Assembly: GCA_021773405.1 (NCBI GenBank)
Contig: JAJFKD010000037.1
Location: 10,382 to 74,381 of the forward strand
Length of the DNA stretch: 64,000 nucleotides
Origin: Porticoccus sp.
GTDB lineage: Bacteria > Pseudomonadota > Gammaproteobacteria > Pseudomonadales > Porticoccaceae
Reading direction: 5' to 3'
Shown: piece by piece, positions 9,906 through 19,851 of the stretch
Numbering within the stretch: position 1 is the stretch's first letter
How the letters are laid out: each line of letters opens with the position of its first letter
Position numbers and translations under genes: made by a program
Notes under the pieces: model-generated
Seen by the model: the letters and a program-made list of their open reading frames with translations, nothing else
Databases searched by the model: none
Told to the model about the DNA's origin: nothing

Positions 9906-11357
9906 ATGCATTTTGTCGTCAAACTGTTTCCAGAAATAACCATCAAGAGTGCCCCGGTTAGAAAGCGTATGACCAGGCAGCTGCGAGATAACTTGCGCAG
10001 AATGTTCAAATCCGTGCATGAAGACGTCAACGTTAGCCGGGATTGGGAAAAGATTGAAATCACTGGGCCAGATGAAGAGGGGTTGTGTGTTCAAATAGCT
10101 GATATTTTGGGCCGTACCCCAGGTATTGCTAATTTCTCCCAGGTTCAACATTTTCCTCTCGGTGATTTTGACGATATTTTAGAAAAAACACTTTCAGTTT
10201 GGCATGATCAGTTGGCAGGCAAAACCTTTGTGCTTCGGGTTAAGCGTAGTGGGAAGCACGATTTTAGTTCACATGATGTGGAGCGGCAGGTAGGTGGTGG
10301 ATTATTGCACCAATCTGAGGCTGCTGGCGTAAAGTTAAAAAATCCAGATATCACTGTAAGGCTCGAAATTCGCCAACAGGATCTGTATGTTATTCAGAGT
10401 ACCACCGCTGGTTTGGGCGGGTTTCCCCTTGGGACCCAGGATTCTGTTATCTCGCTTATTTCCGGTGGGTTTGACTCCACAGTCTCCAGCTATCTCACCA
10501 TGAAAAGAGGCTTGCGCACCCATTTCCTATTTTTTAATCTAGGTGGCCGTGCCCACGAGGTGGGTGTAAAAGAAGTTGCTTTTTACCTGTGGAATAAATT
10601 CAGTAGTTCTCATCGAGTGAGGTTCATCACTGTGCCATTTGAAGACGTCGTCGGTGAAATTCTCAGTAATGTACACAACTCCCAAATGGGGGTGGTGCTG
10701 AAGCGCATGATGTTGCGAGCGGGTACCCAAATTGCTGAAGAGATGGAAGTGCAAGCTCTGGTAACTGGTGAGAGTGTGGCTCAGGTATCGAGCCAAACAC
10801 TGACAAACCTTTCCGTTATCGATTCAGTTACTAATACTCTGGTGCTTAGGCCTCTCGTGACTTTTGATAAAAACGACATCATTGATATCGCTCGCAAAAT
10901 CGGCACTGAAGAATTTGCCGCTAATATGCCTGAGTACTGCGGTGTAATTTCTAAAAAGCCAACAACAAGGGCTAAAGAAGAGAGAGTGGTAAACGAAGAG
11001 TGCAAATTTGATATGGCTGTACTGGAGTCAGCCATAACTAATCGTTGTGTTCAAACCATTGATGAAGTGATGGATGACGATACCCCTCTTGCTGAGGTCG
11101 AAGTTTTTTCAATACCACAGCCAGGCGCTATTATTTTGGATATCCGTCATCCGGACGAAGTAGATGTCAGGCCATTAAAATTAGCCAATAGCCAGATAGA
11201 AGAAATCCCTTTCTTTGCCTTGCAGAATAGCTTTAAGGATCTGAGCGCCGAGACTCATTATTTGCTTTATTGTGATAAAGGCGTGATGAGTCGATTACAT
11301 GCGGAGCTATTAGTCGATCAGGGTTTTGAAAATGTGGCGGTTTATAGGCCGTCTTAA
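9906..11357 (+). CDS. thiI: tRNA 4-thiouridine(8) synthase ThiI, with a C-terminal rhodanese domain
   Basis: MHFVVKLFPEITIKS N-terminus, PP-loop SGGFDS and a C-terminal rhodanese with YCDKG cysteine; 483 aa. Confidence 0.93.
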   Translation: MHFVVKLFPEITIKSAPVRKRMTRQLRDNLRRMFKSVHEDVNVSRDWEKIEITGPDEEGLCVQIADILGRTPGIANFSQVQHFPLGDFDDILEKTLSVWHDQLAGKTFVLRVKRSGKHDFSSHDVERQVGGGLLHQSEAAGVKLKNPDITVRLEIRQQDLYVIQSTTAGLGGFPLGTQDSVISLISGGFDSTVSSYLTMKRGLRTHFLFFNLGGRAHEVGVKEVAFYLWNKFSSSHRVRFITVPFEDVVGEILSNVHNSQMGVVLKRMMLRAGTQIAEEMEVQALVTGESVAQVSSQTLTNLSVIDSVTNTLVLRPLVTFDKNDIIDIARKIGTEEFAANMPEYCGVISKKPTTRAKEERVVNEECKFDMAVLESAITNRCVQTIDEVMDDDTPLAEVEVFSIPQPGAIILDIRHPDEVDVRPLKLANSQIEEIPFFALQNSFKDLSAETHYLLYCDKGVMSRLHAELLVDQGFENVAVYRPS

Positions 11358-11407
11358 TTATTTTCCAAGTAATGTTGAGTAACGACCTTTTCTATTGAAG
11401 GTCAGTC

Positions 11408-11770
11408 TTATAGTAAGAATTTTTCAGCTGCTAGAGCAATAACACCCACAAGAGCTAAAAAGCTCACAACTTTCCAAGTACCTACAGAGCTTTCTAGAGA
11501 CTCTACACGATTTTCTAAAGAATCAGGTTTAGTTGTAGGTTTTTTGTTCTTGGAAGGTTTACTGCTGCTGCCATCTAAAGGAATAACAGATTCGGCCTGA
11601 GGCCCTTTGTCTGAGTCTTTGCTGACAAAATTAACGGCTATGCCTTGGCGGATAGGACCATCGCCTTGCCATTCACTTTTGTGGAAGAAGAGGTCGTTGC
11701 CGTTTTTGTCGTCGACAATAAAGCCGAAGCCTTTGCGAAAATCGTAACGTTTAATAGTGCCTTTGGCCAT
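11408..11770 (-). CDS. Cold-shock-domain protein with a basic S/K/P linker and a C-terminal hydrophobic anchor
   Basis: N-terminal CSD with RNP1 KGFGFI and RNP2-like DLFFHKS, then SSSKPSKNKKPTTKP, then VVSFLALVGVIALAA near the C-terminus; 120 aa. Confidence 0.75.
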   Translation of the reverse strand: MAKGTIKRYDFRKGFGFIVDDKNGNDLFFHKSEWQGDGPIRQGIAVNFVSKDSDKGPQAESVIPLDGSSSKPSKNKKPTTKPDSLENRVESLESSVGTWKVVSFLALVGVIALAAEKFLL

Positions 11771-12138
11771 GTTCGTATCCTGCTCGATGTGTGATGAGGC
11801 AATTCCGATGATCGTGAATTCTGGTTCGATCTTTAAGTGGTTGCCAATGACGGTGCTAGGATAAAGGGGGGCGGAGACAAATGGAAATAATAATTTCTCT
11901 TAAATGTCATCGATCTCTTTAAAAACTTTAAATGCTGGCACAGGTTTTCTGTGCCTAAGTGCTTTTATTTGTATGGTTGCTTTTAGTAGAGCTGCCTGTC
12001 GTTTATTCCCCTTGGAAAATCACTTACTTTTATTTGCTAAACCAACGGCATACCCGAGAAAAACCTACTATTTACCCACTTAACCGCTATAATCGCGCCT
12101 GCATTTTATATCCCACTACTTTTTGTTGAGAAATTCCT

Positions 12139-13947
12139 GTGATCGAGAACCTTCGCAATATCGCTATTATCGCCCACGTTGACCACGGTAAAACGACCTT
12201 GGTTGATAAACTGCTTGAACAATCCGGCACCCTTGATCGTAAGAGTCTGGGTGCGGAACGTGTGATGGATTCTAACGACCAGGAACGTGAGCGTGGGATT
12301 ACCATTCTTGCCAAGAATACGGCGATTGAGTGGAATAATTACCGTATCAATATTGTAGATACCCCAGGGCACGCCGATTTCGGTGGTGAGGTTGAGCGGG
12401 TGCTTTCTATGGTGGATTGCGTTCTGCTGTTAGTGGATGCCGTTGATGGCCCCATGCCGCAAACGCGTTTTGTGACGCAGAAAGCCTTTGAGCAGGGTTT
12501 GAACCCGATCTTGGTAGTGAATAAGGTTGATCGCCCGGGTGCTCGTCCTCACTGGGTGATGGATCAGGTATTTGAATTATTTGATAACTTGGGTGGTACT
12601 GACGAGCAGTTGGACTTTCCGGTTATTTATGCGTCAGCCCTCAATGGAATTGCCGGTGTAGAGCCAGATGAAATGGCTGATGATATGACACCGCTGTTCC
12701 AGATGATTGTGGACAAGGTAAAAGCGCCAGATGTTGACCCAGAAGGTCCTCTGCAAATGCAAATCAGTGCGCTAGATTACAGCAGTTATGTGGGTGTTAT
12801 TGGTGTGGGCCGTATTGCCCGTGGAAGAATGAAGCCCAATGAGCAAGTGGTTGTGGTTGATCGTGATGGCAACAGCCGTAAAGGAAAGGTTTTGCAAGTG
12901 ATGGGCTACGATGGCCTTGAGCGCGTAGATGTTGAAAAGGCCGAAGCGGGCGATATTGTTTGTATTACCGGTATCGATAAGCTGGGTATTTCAGATACGA
13001 TTTGTCATCCAGATGCACCGGAAGCACTCCCTGCATTGAGTGTTGATGAGCCTACGGTAAGCATGACCTTCCAGGTGAACAACTCGCCGTTCGCTGGTTT
13101 GGAAGGCAAGTATGTGACCTCCCGAAATATTAAAGATCGCCTTGAGCAAGAGCTGATTCACAATGTTGCTTTACGAGTGCAGCAGGGTGATAGCCCAGAT
13201 AAATTTATTGTTTCTGGCCGTGGTGAGCTGCACTTGTCGGTATTGATCGAAAGCATGCGTCGTGAAGGCTTTGAGTTGGGTGTATCACGTCCAGAAGTAA
13301 TTCAAAAAGAAGTGGATGGTGAGCTTCACGAGCCTTATGAGCAAGTTGTGATTGATGTTGAAGATCAGCATCAGGGTGCGGTGATGGAAGAGCTTGGTCT
13401 GCGTAAGGCTGAACTGACCAATATGGAGCCTGACGGTAAAGGCCGTGTACGGTTAGAATTTATGGCGCCTTCTAGAGGGTTGATTGGCTTCCGTTCTCAC
13501 TTTCTGACCATGACCAGTGGTTCCGGCATTATGACCAGTATTTTTGACCACTATGGTCCGGTTAAGCAGGGTGAAGTCGCCAAGCGCCAAAATGGTGTTT
13601 TGGTATCCATGACTAAAGGAAAGACATTAGCCTTTGGCTTGTTTAACCTACAGGAGCGTGGCCGTTTGTTCTTGGGGGCGGGTCATGAGGTTTATGAAGG
13701 TCAAATTGTTGGTTTGCACTCTCGCAATAATGATTTGCCGGTGAATCCGACAAAAGGTAAGCAGCTGACAAACGTACGTGCTTCCGGTACAGATGAAGCA
13801 TTAACACTGACTCCGCCTGTTACTCATACATTGGAGCAAGCACTGGAGTTTATTGAGGACGATGAGTTGGTGGAAGTTACTCCTGAGAGTATCCGCCTGC
13901 GTAAAAAATTGCTGACTGAAACTGAACGTAAGCGAGCACCTAAATAA
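12139..13947 (+). CDS. typA: Translational GTPase TypA/BipA
   Basis: GTG start; [31 protein letters not shown] and NKVD G-motifs; 602 aa. Confidence 0.95.
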   Translation: MIENLRNIAIIAHVDHGKTTLVDKLLEQSGTLDRKSLGAERVMDSNDQERERGITILAKNTAIEWNNYRINIVDTPGHADFGGEVERVLSMVDCVLLLVDAVDGPMPQTRFVTQKAFEQGLNPILVVNKVDRPGARPHWVMDQVFELFDNLGGTDEQLDFPVIYASALNGIAGVEPDEMADDMTPLFQMIVDKVKAPDVDPEGPLQMQISALDYSSYVGVIGVGRIARGRMKPNEQVVVVDRDGNSRKGKVLQVMGYDGLERVDVEKAEAGDIVCITGIDKLGISDTICHPDAPEALPALSVDEPTVSMTFQVNNSPFAGLEGKYVTSRNIKDRLEQELIHNVALRVQQGDSPDKFIVSGRGELHLSVLIESMRREGFELGVSRPEVIQKEVDGELHEPYEQVVIDVEDQHQGAVMEELGLRKAELTNMEPDGKGRVRLEFMAPSRGLIGFRSHFLTMTSGSGIMTSIFDHYGPVKQGEVAKRQNGVLVSMTKGKTLAFGLFNLQERGRLFLGAGHEVYEGQIVGLHSRNNDLPVNPTKGKQLTNVRASGTDEALTLTPPVTHTLEQALEFIEDDELVEVTPESIRLRKKLLTETERKRAPK

Positions 13948-14009
13948 GCTTTTACTGATAGAGGAGTGCCGGATTAACTCTGGTGCTTCTTTTATTCAGA
14001 GCATTCCTT

Positions 14010-14630
14010 TTATTTAAAACATGAGTTGTATCGGAAGCATGAGCTGTGTTTAAAGCATGAAGCCAGGTGGTCGTTAACCATTCCAATAGCCTGCATATAG
14101 GCGTAGCAAATCGTTTTACCAAAAAACTTAAACCCTTTCTTTTTCATATCTTTGCTAATGGTTTCTGCCAAAGGTGTGAAGACAGGCACTTCAGATAAGT
14201 TAGTCCATTTGTTCTCAATCGGTTTACCATCAACAAATGCCCATAGGTAATTGGCAAAGCTGCCATGCTGTTGCTGTACAGCTAAGTATTGCTGTGCATT
14301 ACTTATAGTGCTCTGTATTTTCAGCTTGTTTCGAATAATGCCTGGATTATCTAATAACTGGTCGACTTTGTTCTGATCAAATTTAGCAATTTTCTCGGCA
14401 TCAAAATTGGCAAAAGCTTGTCGGTAGTTTTCTCTTTTTTTCAGGATCGTAATCCAGGAAAGGCCCGCTTGGGCGCTTTCCAACACCAGAAATTCAAACA
14501 ATGTGTGATCATCAAAACAGGGTACGCCCCACTCGTTATCGTGGTAGCTTTCATATAGAGGGTCACCCAGGCACCACCCACATCTAGGCTGTTTGCTCTG
14601 GGATAATTGCGTTTGTGAAGAAGCTGTCAT
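14010..14630 (-). CDS. tag: DNA-3-methyladenine glycosylase I
   Basis: RCGWCLGDPLYESYHDNEWGVP and the ..MVNDHLASC zinc-site motifs, with an unusual repeated C-terminal tail. Confidence 0.9.
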   Translation of the reverse strand: MTASSQTQLSQSKQPRCGWCLGDPLYESYHDNEWGVPCFDDHTLFEFLVLESAQAGLSWITILKKRENYRQAFANFDAEKIAKFDQNKVDQLLDNPGIIRNKLKIQSTISNAQQYLAVQQQHGSFANYLWAFVDGKPIENKWTNLSEVPVFTPLAETISKDMKKKGFKFFGKTICYAYMQAIGMVNDHLASCFKHSSCFRYNSCFK

Positions 14631-14736
14631 AGTGTTTACTGTAGAGTATCTTGTGTCGACTGAATAGAGTGGCAGAGAGAATGCGCTTGCTAAAGAGTAG
14701 AGGCTTTGAAGAGCCTGTAGTTGAAAAGGATTGCCA

Positions 14737-15696
14737 ATGAGAAGCTTCTATCCTCGAATCAAACCCTATGCTAGCCATGAACTAATCGTTGATAGTTTGC
14801 ATACTCTTTATGTTGAAGAGGCCGGAAACCCTCAGGGAACACCTGTGTTATTTGTGCACGGTGGTCCGGGCGGGGGTTGCACGGAAAATGATCGGCGGTT
14901 TTTTGATCCAGAAAAGTATCGAATTATTTTGTTTGATCAGAGGGGAAGCGGGCGCTCAAAGCCCCATGCTGAGCTTGAGGCAAACCATACCCGTTGCTTG
15001 GTAGATGATATTGAAAAAATCCGTGAACTTATGGATGTGGAGCGGTGGGTATTGTTCGGTGGCTCTTGGGGTTCAACTTTGAGCTTGGTATATGCGCAGG
15101 CGTATCCCGAAAAAGTGTTGGGTATGATTCTGCGCGGTATTTTTTTGTGCCGTGAACAAGATATCCAGTGGTTCTATCAAGATGGCGCTAGCCATGTATT
15201 CCCAGATTATTGGCAGTCGTTTTTGGCGCCAATTCCCGTGGTAGAACAGGGGGATTTACTGGCAGCCTATTACCGGCGATTAATCGGTGATGATGAGTTA
15301 GTGCGCATGTCAGCAGCTAAGTCATGGTCTGTGTGGGAAGGTCGATGTGCCAGCATGCATCCAAACCCGGATCTTGTAGAGCATTTGGGTAGCCCTCATA
15401 CCGCATTGGCTATGGCGCGGATTGAAGCCCATTATTTTATGCACGATGCTTTCTTGGAGGAAAATGAAATCCTTGTTGGTATGGATGCGTTGAAAGATAT
15501 TCCGGGGGTGATTATTCATGGTCGCTATGACATGGTCTGTCCTGTTGGGCAGGCTTTTGATTTGCATCGGGCATGGCCTGGTTCGAGATTGAAGGTTATC
15601 AGGGATGCAGGGCATGCTTCTTCTGAGCCGGCTACTTTGGCTGCACTGGTGCAGGCGACAGATGATTTGTTGTCTACGTTGGGTAATGTTTCTTAA
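14737..15696 (+). CDS. pip: Proline iminopeptidase (alpha/beta hydrolase)
   Basis: FVHGGPGGG, GGSWGSTL nucleophile elbow and DAGH. The ORF opens at TTG 14731, but ATG 14737 has AAAAGGA 6 nt upstream. Confidence 0.88.
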   Translation: MRSFYPRIKPYASHELIVDSLHTLYVEEAGNPQGTPVLFVHGGPGGGCTENDRRFFDPEKYRIILFDQRGSGRSKPHAELEANHTRCLVDDIEKIRELMDVERWVLFGGSWGSTLSLVYAQAYPEKVLGMILRGIFLCREQDIQWFYQDGASHVFPDYWQSFLAPIPVVEQGDLLAAYYRRLIGDDELVRMSAAKSWSVWEGRCASMHPNPDLVEHLGSPHTALAMARIEAHYFMHDAFLEENEILVGMDALKDIPGVIIHGRYDMVCPVGQAFDLHRAWPGSRLKVIRDAGHASSEPATLAALVQATDDLLSTLGNVS

Positions 15697-15717
15697 AAAG
15701 CTTCATGGTTGGATTTT

Positions 15718-16266
15718 TTAGTCGGTGTTTTCTCGTAGATATTTAAAAATTTTCCGGCTAGCGGCGGGCGGTTTGCTTTGTGATGCTTCTTTATTTGCCT
15801 GCCGGATAAGTTGGCGCAAGTGTTGTCGGTCTAGCTCTGGGTAGGTATTGAGCAAGTCGCTAATGGCTGTGTCACCTTCACTGAGCAGGCGGTCGCGCCA
15901 TTGTTCCAGTTTATGCTGAGTTTGGCGGAAAGTTTGGCTTTGGTGGTGAAAGCTGTCTAGTTTTTGTTGTATGGCTTCGCTATCGATATTGCGCATTATT
16001 TTGCCAATATATTGAAGTTGACGGCGTTTTCCCTCTCTATTTTTGAGTCGCCTTGCTAGCATGACGGCATCTTCCAATAGTTCATCCATGGGGATTTTTT
16101 CTAGCTTGGCGGCAGGTAAGTTGACCAGTTCCTCTCCCATTTTTTGTAGCGCGGTCATTTCGCGCTTTAGTTCGGATTTGCTTTTGGGTTGGGGCTCCGC
16201 AGATATGTCATCTGGGTTTTCCCCATTGGGATTCACTGTATTTGGAAAGTCGTCATCAATCATCAT
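15718..16266 (-). CDS. yjgA: Ribosome-associated protein YjgA/DarP (DUF615)
   Basis: KSELKREMTALQKMGEELV...RQLQYIGKIMRNID, typical of YjgA; 182 aa. Confidence 0.85.
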   Translation of the reverse strand: MMIDDDFPNTVNPNGENPDDISAEPQPKSKSELKREMTALQKMGEELVNLPAAKLEKIPMDELLEDAVMLARRLKNREGKRRQLQYIGKIMRNIDSEAIQQKLDSFHHQSQTFRQTQHKLEQWRDRLLSEGDTAISDLLNTYPELDRQHLRQLIRQANKEASQSKPPAASRKIFKYLRENTD

Positions 16267-16356
16267 ATTTTTCAGTGTGGTATTTTTCTTTGGTTGGGCT
16301 TCTTGGTCACAATTAATTGGTGAGAGTTTGTAAGTGAATGCTTAGTGTTGCAATGG

Positions 16357-17715
16357 TTAGGCGTAGAAAAGGGTAGCAAGCCCAAGAAAAGACATGAAGC
16401 CTACGACATCGGTTATGGTGGTCAGTGCTACACTTCCTGCTAGGGCTGGGTCAACACGGCAGGCCTTCAGGATAACTGGGAGGGCTGCACCAGCTATGGC
16501 TGCAGCGACTAGGTTGATGACCATGGCTGCGGCAATGATCACGGCTATCAGCGGGTCTTGGAACCATAGGGCGGCGACACCACCCATCACAAGCGCCCAA
16601 AGCACCCCGTTTAGCGCTCCAACGGCAAATTCTTTGCTCAAAAGCCATCCTAAATTGCTGCGGCTAATTTGTCCTAATGCCATACCACGAATAACAACGG
16701 TGAGGGTTTGACTGCCCGCTACACCACCCATACTGGCAACAATGGGCATTAAGATTGCTAGTGCTACAACCTTATCAATGGTGGCTTCAAAAATATTAAT
16801 GACGGCTGAGGCAAGAATAGCTGTCATCAGGTTAACACCTAGCCAGATTGCTCGGCGAGGAGTGGTGCGGCTAATGGAGGCAAAAGTTTCCTCTTCATCG
16901 CTCAAGCCTGCCAGTCCCAATAATGAGTGGTCTGCATCTTCCATGATGACGTCTACAACATCATCAATAGTGATTCGGCCCAGGAGCTGCCTCGTTTCAC
17001 TGATAACGGGAGCAGAGACCCAGTCATGTTTTTCAAACAAATGGGCTACTTCTGAATCGGCCATGTCTGCCGGAATAGCCTCAACCTCTGTGACCATAAT
17101 TTCACGGACAGTAATGTTGGGGCTGGATGTGAGTAACTTGCCTAAGGGCAGGCTGCCGAGGAATACGTCATCTCTCGTTACAACAAAAATGCTGTCAGTA
17201 ATTTCAGGCAGTTCGTCGTGGCGGCGCAGGTAGCGAAAAACCACATCGAGGGTCATGTCTGGGCGGACGGTAATGGTGTCCGTGTTCATTAAGCCGCCAG
17301 CTGTGTCCTCATCGTAAGTGAGTACAGTCTCGACTCTTTGGCGATCCTGGGCGCTCATTGCCTGCAGAATTTCTGGTATTACTTTTTCAGGCAGCTGTTG
17401 CAGAATATCGGCTACATCATCGGGGTCTAACCCCTCTGTTAGTGAGGCGACTTCATGACTTTCCATTTCCTCCAAAATTTCGCCACGGAGCTCTTCGCTT
17501 AGCGCGCCAATGACTTCCCCTTCAAACTCCTTGTCTACGAGATCCCATAGAACCCTTCGAGCTTTTGGTGGTGCAGCTTCGATTTGGTCGGCAATATCAG
17601 CGGGTGTCAGATTATTCAGCATGTGGCGAAGCCGGCGCACTTTATTCGAGTCCATAAGCTCGTGAATGCTGGCAAGCTGAGAGAGGTGGCTTATTTTTTC
17701 GTTAGGAGCCTGCAT
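16357..17715 (-). CDS. mgtE: Magnesium transporter MgtE
   Basis: MgtE N-domain, tandem CBS domains and a C-terminal 5-TM domain (..GNVGGQS-like GGVAGSQT); 452 aa. Confidence 0.92.
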   Translation of the reverse strand: MQAPNEKISHLSQLASIHELMDSNKVRRLRHMLNNLTPADIADQIEAAPPKARRVLWDLVDKEFEGEVIGALSEELRGEILEEMESHEVASLTEGLDPDDVADILQQLPEKVIPEILQAMSAQDRQRVETVLTYDEDTAGGLMNTDTITVRPDMTLDVVFRYLRRHDELPEITDSIFVVTRDDVFLGSLPLGKLLTSSPNITVREIMVTEVEAIPADMADSEVAHLFEKHDWVSAPVISETRQLLGRITIDDVVDVIMEDADHSLLGLAGLSDEEETFASISRTTPRRAIWLGVNLMTAILASAVINIFEATIDKVVALAILMPIVASMGGVAGSQTLTVVIRGMALGQISRSNLGWLLSKEFAVGALNGVLWALVMGGVAALWFQDPLIAVIIAAAMVINLVAAAIAGAALPVILKACRVDPALAGSVALTTITDVVGFMSFLGLATLFYA

Positions 17716-17865
17716 GGGTAGAGGTGTTCCTGGCTACCGTTATGAATGGCTATAGTGTATAGATGCGAGAAGAAAATTTATAGAGTTGTCAGGTTGATAG
17801 CTAGATTTGTTTGTTTAATTTGAGAGATATTTATGGGGTGGGCTTTGGATTTGTATCGCCATCAA

Positions 17866-18147
17866 TTACTGCTCTTCATCAAATCGATTGGCGAGTAGTT
17901 GTTCTATGTCACGGCAGGCTCTTTCTGCATCGCGGCCTTCAAAGTGGAAATGTAGAACGGTTCCCTGACTTGCCGCTAGCAACATGAGAGACATTACACT
18001 TTTGGCATCTACCAGTTTATCGGGTTTTGGTCCTGTTTTTATCTTGCAGCCATATTTTCCGGCGGTTGATGCCAGTTTTGCCGCAGCGCGGGCATGTAGA
18101 CCAAGCTTGTTAATAATGGTCAGTTCTACATTGATTTCTAATGACAT
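17866..18147 (-). CDS. ptsO: Nitrogen-PTS phosphocarrier NPr (HPr family)
   Basis: NKLGLHARAAAKL (active His); 93 aa. It lies downstream of rapZ. Confidence 0.9.
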   Translation of the reverse strand: MSLEINVELTIINKLGLHARAAAKLASTAGKYGCKIKTGPKPDKLVDAKSVMSLMLLAASQGTVLHFHFEGRDAERACRDIEQLLANRFDEEQ

Positions 18148-18171
18148 AAGGTGGGTCCTGGTGTGTTCATA

Positions 18172-19035
18172 TCAGGTCAACTCCCGATGTCTAATTTGGG
18201 TGTTAGTGTAGTGTTGGTTGAAGTGTTTTCCCAGCATGTTGCTGATGTAGACGGAGCGATGTTGTCCACCAGTACAGCCGATAGCAACGGTGAGGTAGCT
18301 TCTGTTGTTAGCTTCAAATCTTGGCAGCCAGCGTGTTAGGTAACTAATAATATCTGACAGCATTTCTGTTACTTCTGATTCAGATTCCAGAAAGTCGATA
18401 ACAGGTTGGTCTTTCCCGCTATATGGTCTGAGCTCATGTTTCCAATAGGGATTGGGCAGGCATCGCACATCAAAGACAAAGTCGGCATCAATAGGTACGC
18501 CTCGTTTGAATGCAAAGGATTCAAATAAAACAGCCATATCTCCTTCAGTCTCAGGGACAATTTGCTTCTTGATAAGGTCTCTTAGCTGATGGAGCGTCAT
18601 GTTACTGGTATCAATTCGCCGGTTAGCAATAGAGGCGATGGGATCCAGCAATTCAGTTTCTAGGGCGATGGCTTCTTTAATGTCTATCTGGTGTGAGCTA
18701 AGCGGATGCTTTCGGCGTGTTTCACTAAATCGTTGTATCAGTACATCTGTAATTGCATCCAGATAAACGACTTCATAGCTAACGCCAGAGCTTTTTAACT
18801 TTTCTAGAATTTCTGGCAGTCGGTTGAGGTCGCCTGTCAGGCTTCTGGCATCAATGCCCACGGCTATATTATTCAGCCAGTGATTGTCGCTGCCTTGTGG
18901 CGAGGCTTGTTCGAATAGTCCCGGTAATAAGCCGGCAGGTAGGTTGTCTATACAGGTAAATCCGGCATCTTCTAGCAGGTTTAGAGCTGTACTTTTCCCG
19001 GAGCCTGAGCGTCCACTAACTACTACTAGTCGCAT
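18172..19035 (-). CDS. rapZ: RNase adapter protein RapZ (YhbJ)
   Basis: Walker A GRSGSGKST and C-terminal CTGGQHRSV; 287 aa. Confidence 0.93.
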   Translation of the reverse strand: MRLVVVSGRSGSGKSTALNLLEDAGFTCIDNLPAGLLPGLFEQASPQGSDNHWLNNIAVGIDARSLTGDLNRLPEILEKLKSSGVSYEVVYLDAITDVLIQRFSETRRKHPLSSHQIDIKEAIALETELLDPIASIANRRIDTSNMTLHQLRDLIKKQIVPETEGDMAVLFESFAFKRGVPIDADFVFDVRCLPNPYWKHELRPYSGKDQPVIDFLESESEVTEMLSDIISYLTRWLPRFEANNRSYLTVAIGCTGGQHRSVYISNMLGKHFNQHYTNTQIRHRELT

Positions 19036-19044
19036 CGCTATGCC

Positions 19045-19500
19045 TCAACCTTCTCGGCTTATAGCTATCTTGTAGAAAGCTTCGATGGAGCTGGCTGCGC
19101 GTAGTTGTATGCGAACATCTTCTTCCTGAAGTAGTTCTGCTATAGAAGATAGAACCTGTAGGTGCTCATCATTTTGTTCTTCTGGGACTATTAAGGCAAA
19201 AACTAGGTCGACGAGCACGTTGTCCATAGAATCAAAGTCTACAGGGTCGGCTAGCTTGAGCAGTGCACCAGTTATTTTTTTGCAGCCAGCAATTCGGCAA
19301 TGGGGAATTGCAATACCTTCCCCTATACCAGTGCTGCCTAATCGTTCGCGAGCTAAAAGGCCTTGATAGAGTTCGTCTGAGTCAAGGTCAGTGATACGTT
19401 CGGCGAGAAAGTGTGAAAGGTTTTCCAGCACTCTTTTTTTGCTACCCCCGGGAACATCCAGCAGGGTGTTCTCGAGGGGAAGTACGTCTGTTAGTTTCAT
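19045..19500 (-). CDS. ptsN: Nitrogen-PTS EIIA-Ntr
   Basis: RERLGSTGIGEGIAIPH active-site region; 151 aa. Confidence 0.92.
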   Translation of the reverse strand: MKLTDVLPLENTLLDVPGGSKKRVLENLSHFLAERITDLDSDELYQGLLARERLGSTGIGEGIAIPHCRIAGCKKITGALLKLADPVDFDSMDNVLVDLVFALIVPEEQNDEHLQVLSSIAELLQEEDVRIQLRAASSIEAFYKIAISREG

Positions 19501-19506
19501 GAAAGG

Positions 19507-19794
19507 TTATCTACCGCGGGTTTTTTCCTTGTGCTTAATAAGCTGGCGGTCCAGTTTATCTGAAAGCATATCGATGGCTGCATAGAGGTCGTCATGTTCT
19601 GAATTGGCGAAAAATTCACCGCCGCTGACATGTACGGTAGCCTCTGCTTTTTGAGCGAGTTTGTCGACAGAAAGTATTACATTGGTGCTGGTAATACGGT
19701 CGTGGTGTCGTTCCAGCTTGGACAGTTTGTTGATGACGTATTCTTTGATTGGGTCAGTGATATCGAGGTGATGTCCGCTGATATTTAGTTGCAT
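19507..19794 (-). CDS. hpf: Ribosome hibernation promoting factor (short HPF)
   Basis: MQLNISGHHLDITDPIKEYV..; 95 aa. It lies directly downstream of rpoN. Confidence 0.92.
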   Translation of the reverse strand: MQLNISGHHLDITDPIKEYVINKLSKLERHHDRITSTNVILSVDKLAQKAEATVHVSGGEFFANSEHDDLYAAIDMLSDKLDRQLIKHKEKTRGR

Positions 19795-19851
19795 GCGGTA
19801 CTCCTTATTTCTGTGTACGCTATTTCTATTTATGTTAGTTCTGTTGATGGA

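Noticed and set aside
11936-11955. TGGCAC-aggtt-TTCTG, which resembles a sigma-54 -24/-12 element in the typA / CSD-gene intergenic region.
   Set aside because: The -12 GC is missing (TTCT instead of TTGC). The TGGCAC is simply the left arm of a hairpin, GGCACAG/CTGTGCC.
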